Below, piece after piece: positions 59,501 to 64,000 of a stretch of DNA of 64,000 nt. Below the pieces are notes generated by a model, which had not been told where the DNA came from, searched no databases, and saw only the letters and a program-made list of their open reading frames with translations. The DNA is from Neovahlkampfia damariscottae. Lineage: Eukaryota. Both the position numbers and the translations under genes were made by a program. The stretch spans positions 62,001 to 126,000 of the forward strand of contig JABLTG010000023.1 in NCBI GenBank assembly GCA_016618085.1, read 5' to 3'. Position 1 is the stretch's first letter, and each line of letters opens with the position of its first letter.

Positions 59501-61139
59501 TGGTGATGATTTCATTCAATGTTGGTTATTATTGACTGATTATTCCAAAAAACCTACCAAAGAACTTTTAAATGAGTTGATGAATTTATCAACAAGTTTA
59601 ATTAAAAATTCAGAGATTAGAGAAAAAATTAAAAAGAAAGATAAACCTCAAATGGACTGGTATGATGTTTTTTATGCATATATTCATGGTATTCTTTCAA
59701 ATGAATTTTATCCAAGATTTGTTCATTCAAGAATTTGGAAAAATTATATTGAAACAACATTCAAAAAATTGAATTTGAAATTCGAAGATTTGTATGAAAT
59801 ATCAAAAATTGAAAAAGAAATCTCCATTTTATCTGAAAATGCACAGTATTTGATTGTCAACAACTTTTCAACCAATGAAAGTTTTAAGGCAAAAAGAGTT
59901 GTATCCAATAGCGATCTGTTAAAATCACAAGCAAAAAAAGTAAGTAATTATGATAAAATAATAAGTTTTTAAGTTGATGGATCAAATCAAACATGATAAT
60001 ATTTTACAATTAATCGATTTATTCAATGAAGATTTAGATCATCATAATCAAAGCTGTTTGACAATTATTACAACAATGGTTTCTGAAAATCTTGCTCAAA
60101 ATATCAAGAACCTAGAAGTGAAATTCAAAGAACATGTAAGAAATTCCATCATTCTAAACTCACACAAACAGACAATTGTTGAATACATGGTCCAACTACT
60201 TTCAGCCATTGAATCACGTCATACACAATCTAAGTATTTTGAATTTGGTGAATTAAGAGAAGACAATATTTACTTATCAACTCTTTATAATAACTTGTAT
60301 TTAGATCCTGGTATCTATTTTGAAAATCAGATTTATCCAAGTTATTTCAATCCTCCAGAAAACAAAATTTCTGAAAAATCAGATATTTATTCATTAGGTT
60401 TTATCTTTTTTAGACTTATTACATTGATGTCACCTCAAGAGATTGAAAATTTATTTCATGATGATTTCAAATCTCATCGATCAAAATCATTCATCAAAAA
60501 AAAAAAGAAAAAATTTGAATATTACTTTAATGCACAAAATGAAATCACAAAATTGAACGTAATTATCCAAAATATTAATTTTCTAATTATTTCCTTTAGA
60601 GTATTTATCATTCTGATATTTTGAATTTGATTGTTGAAATGATCAATCCACAAGCATCTGAAAGACCTTCAATCAAAGATATTCTTCAAAAATTAGAATC
60701 TTTACAAACAGACTCAAATGGATCTCTTAAAAAAAGAACCAGTAGATTTGATTCAATGGATGAACAACAAATTTCTGTTTTGAAAAATGACAAAAAAAGA
60801 AGATTTTTGAAAGAATTCATGAGAAAGGAATTATCTATTGAAACTATTTTATTTTTTGAAGATGTTCAGATTTTTAATGATTTAAATACAGAACAAGAAA
60901 GATTTTTCAGAGCTGAAGAAATATTTCTTTCTTACTTCTCAAATTCATCATTTTTAGAATTGAATGTTTCTGAAAAATTGAAAAAATTATTGAACAAAAA
61001 TTGGAGAGAATGCAAACAGACAGGAAAAATGGATATCTATTTGTTCGATGAAATTGGGAAACATTTGTCAAATATTATATTAAATGATACATTCAGAAGG
61101 TTTAAGGATTCAGAAATGTTTGAAGAAATGTTTATTTGA
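56578..61139 (+). CDS. Large multi-RGS-domain + degenerate kinase protein (about 1,460 aa), 6 exons
   Basis: Five ORFs splice in frame. RGS-like segments (ELFKEYTKNHYSIDEFDFY; EFYPRFVHS; FLKEFMRKELSIETILFF..DTFRRF) surround kinase subdomains (KHDNILQL, ELREDNIYL, KSDIYSLG, ERPSIKDIL). Confidence 0.8.
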
Positions 61140-61187
61140 GAATAAAAATATTCGGTTTTTTTCCACCAATCATTTTCTTTTTTTGAG

Positions 61188-62140
61188 ATGGAACAAAGTT
61201 TTGTTGAAGTGTTGAAATTAATTCAAAAAGATATTGGAAATAGAGGAATCAACCATTTAATCAATGAAAATAACAAACAAGATTTTTATTCTTCATGTAA
61301 AGTTCTATCAAAAGCAAAATCGGTTGGAATTGTCACTGGAGCTTTTGTACATAAAAAAGCATGTGAAACAGATGTAAAAATGAAACTATTAAAATTAAAA
61401 AGGGTCCTCTTGGTGCATTTTCAATAGCAAAAACATTGATTCATTTGAAAAAAAGAGTTATTTTTATTGTTGATTCTTCCAACCAAAAAATAATTGAAGA
61501 TTTTTTATCAACCTCAGAAATAACTGTAAAATGTTCGATATATTCATTTTCATCAGAATTGAATCCAATTTTAAACCAAAATGATGAAAAATTATCACTT
61601 AAAATTTTAGAAGAAAATGAATTGGATTGTCTTGTCACTATTGAAAGATTTGGAAAATCACAAGATGGAAAATATTATTCAATGAAAGCAATGGATCTCT
61701 CAAATTCATGTGGAAATATTGATTTGCTTTTTGAAATGGCCAAGAAAAAGAAAATACCAACAATATCAATTGGAGATGGAGGTAATGAAATCGGTATGGG
61801 AAAAGTTATTGAAAAGGTTAAAAAATATATAAATAATGGTGAAGTAATTGCTGCTTCATGTTCTGCTGATTATTTAATCATTGTTGGTGTTTCCAATTGG
61901 GGAGGTTTGGCCATATCATCAGGTTTATTTTTATTGGATTCAGAAAATGAACAACCAGTAAAATTGAATGACTACTTATTAACAGTTGAAGAAGAATTTC
62001 AGCTTTTAAAAGATTTGGTTAAAGTTGGTTCTATTGATGGTATCTCTGGACAATCGGAATTGACAGTTGATGGATTTGACTATTTGGAAGTTCATACAAA
62101 AATATTAAAAGGAATTAGAAATATTTGTGAAAATAAATGA
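61188..62140 (+). CDS. D-glutamate cyclase-like (DUF4392) protein, 2 exons
   Basis: DIGNRGI, ETD|GPLGA, IERFG..DGKYYSM, IGDGGNEIGMG, GVSNWGG, VDG. Confidence 0.88.
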
Positions 62141-62421
62141 TTCTTCAAATAAGATTTCAAACACTACAAAAGTGAGTATTTAGATATTCTTTCATAAATA
62201 TTTCACCCAAATATACCTTTATAACTACAATAAAAAATTTATGGTATAAATCAAAAACAATCTTTCCAATTGGAGAGATTAATTTTTTCAAATGTCCAAC
62301 GGTAATTTTATTCAATTACTTTTACTGAACCTTTTCATTCAAAATTATCTCTAAACAAACGAAAATCATTTTCTAATTAAACAAAAGAAACTTCTCAGCA
62401 GTTTCTCTGATGAATCAGACT

Positions 62422-63288
62422 TCATTCATGCCAACCTCCATCATAATTGGACACATTTTTGAATCCGAGCATTTTTGCATAAATGAAAGCAATACTTGAT
62501 CTCCACCCTGTTCCACAATAAAAAATTAAATTTTCATTGTTAATGCCATAATCCTTCCAGATTTGTTCAATTTCTTTTGCCTGTAAAAATTCCTTTGTAT
62601 CTTGGTTGAACCAGTTTTTGGCAGAATCACCCCAAATTGAATTCGGTATTTTTCCTTTATATTTTACATAATTGTATCCTGTAACTTCTCCTTTGAATTC
62701 TTTTTCAGTTCTGACACAAACTATTTGTTGAAGTTGCAATTTTTCTGAGACAATATTATTCATCTCCGCAGTTGTTTTATTGTAATGTGGATTAACAGGT
62801 ACATTCTTTCCAAAATGTACACTTGTTGGTATTTGATACTCGTTGGTTGTTTCTTGTTCACTTTTTTTCCATGAAATAATTCCACCGTTCAAAATTTTTA
62901 CACTATCTACACCTGCATACAAAAGAGTCCATACTACTCTAGAAACAGCAATACAGTTTGATCCATAAATTACAACTAAACTATTCCAGCAAATACCTTT
63001 GGATTCAATTATATTTTGTAGTTCTTTTGGTTCTTTTAAATTCCAAATTGGAGCAGATTCGATATCATTAGTATTAAATTCTATTGCTTTTGGTATGTGT
63101 TCTTCATTTTTTGAATTGTGCCCTTCTGTGACTTCCAGAATTACTATCGACTTTGATTTTTTAATCTTCTGAAGCAGCCAGGAGACTTCAACAAAAAAAT
63201 CAAATTTATCTTCAAATTTTTGTTGTTTCTTGTCCAGTTGACAATTCACTGAATTCCACTTTGGCTTTTGAAGAGTGAGAATTGACAT
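62422..63288 (-). CDS. Tandem rhodanese sulfurtransferase, YnjE-like
   Basis: HIPKA, RVVWTLLYAGVDSVKILNGG, GKIPNS, active-site FYCGTGWRSS, YDGGWHE. Confidence 0.88.
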   Translation of the reverse strand: MSILTLQKPKWNSVNCQLDKKQQKFEDKFDFFVEVSWLLQKIKKSKSIVILEVTEGHNSKNEEHIPKAIEFNTNDIESAPIWNLKEPKELQNIIESKGICWNSLVVIYGSNCIAVSRVVWTLLYAGVDSVKILNGGIISWKKSEQETTNEYQIPTSVHFGKNVPVNPHYNKTTAEMNNIVSEKLQLQQIVCVRTEKEFKGEVTGYNYVKYKGKIPNSIWGDSAKNWFNQDTKEFLQAKEIEQIWKDYGINNENLIFYCGTGWRSSIAFIYAKMLGFKNVSNYDGGWHE

Positions 63289-63445
63289 TCGGAGTTTATT
63301 CAATTTTCATCCAATAATACTTCACAATTATTTATTCCTCTTCTTTGTCATTATTTTAATAAAAAATCGATTTTATTTTATTTTTCTTTTATTTTTTTTG
63401 TCCAATCATTTTCTTTCATCAATTCCAAAAATCAGTTAGAAGAGA

Positions 63446-64000
63446 ATGGATTCATTTAACAATGACTCTCACTATTTCAAAGCAGAATCAACAATTGAAG
63501 AAGTTATAAAACATCTTAACCATCCAGAAACTTCAGAAATTCTTAAAGGAATGAAAAAAGTAGTTGCGGTTTGAATTTTTTTTTTTTTTTTTAATTTTTC
63601 GTTTCAGATGATGTCAAAAGGAAAAGAAGTTGAAATTTTATTTCCAAATGTTGTCACTAAAGTAGTAGTTAAAAACCTTCAAGTCAAAAAACTTGTCTAC
63701 ACGTAATTTTTTTTTTTTTTTGTTTGTTTACCTTTTGTTCAGTTATTTAATGCAATATGCTGAATTTAGACCTGATGAAGCTTTACTTTCTGTTAATAAT
63801 TTCCAAAAAGATTTGAATGATAAAAATCAATTCATTCGTGCTCTTGCTCTTAGAGTATTATCAGGAATTAGAGTTGGTGAAATTTCACAAGTTTTTTTTT
63901 TCTTTTTTAAACTTTTAGATTGTTTTAATGGCTATTAAACAATGTGCTGATGATGTTTCACCTTATGTTAGAAAAGCTGCTTGTGTTGCTGCTGCTAAAG
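63446..64000 (+). CDS. AP3B: AP-3 adaptor complex beta subunit, 5' part
   Basis: Spliced GMKKVVAMMSKG..LFPNVV..VKKLVYTYLMQYAE..PDEALLSVNNFQKDLND.N..IRALALRVLSGIRV..DVSPYVRK. Confidence 0.93.

Noticed and set aside
41141..63288. Sulfur/Moco gene cluster (sulfite oxidase + rhodanese)
   Set aside because: About 20 kb and eight unrelated genes apart; no evidence of clustering.

Overview
This is very AT-rich, extremely gene-dense eukaryotic genomic DNA in the standard genetic code. About 44 genes are split by tiny (about 25-45 nt) GT-AG introns, intergenic spacers are often under 100 nt, and CCAAT boxes sit just upstream of many start codons. The gene content suggests a free-living phagotrophic protist; a heterolobosean/Discoba-like source is an inference, not shown. 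Recognisable genes include a cyclin, two SNF2 ATPases, RUVBL2, FAD synthetase, GPKOW, RNase Z, saccharopine dehydrogenase, a Kv channel, purple acid phosphatase, sulfite oxidase, three tandem RhoGEFs, an LMF protein, FKBP-TPR, a D-glutamate cyclase-like protein, a YnjE-like rhodanese and AP-3 beta. The standout is a head-to-head pair at 7481-11076 sharing a 157-nt promoter. One gene encodes a secreted protein with two tandem MACPF (perforin-like) domains. The other encodes a secreted phospholipase A2 embedded between long cationic, antimicrobial-peptide-like helices. Together they form a candidate prey-killing/membranolytic module that is only visible after splicing. Also notable are a p21/p27-like CDK inhibitor with an E2F site, a USP8/AMSH-MIT protein with synuclein-like 11-mer repeats, several pseudo-enzymes, and an intron-bearing decayed piggyBac transposase. 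All gene models were spliced by eye and no database search was run.
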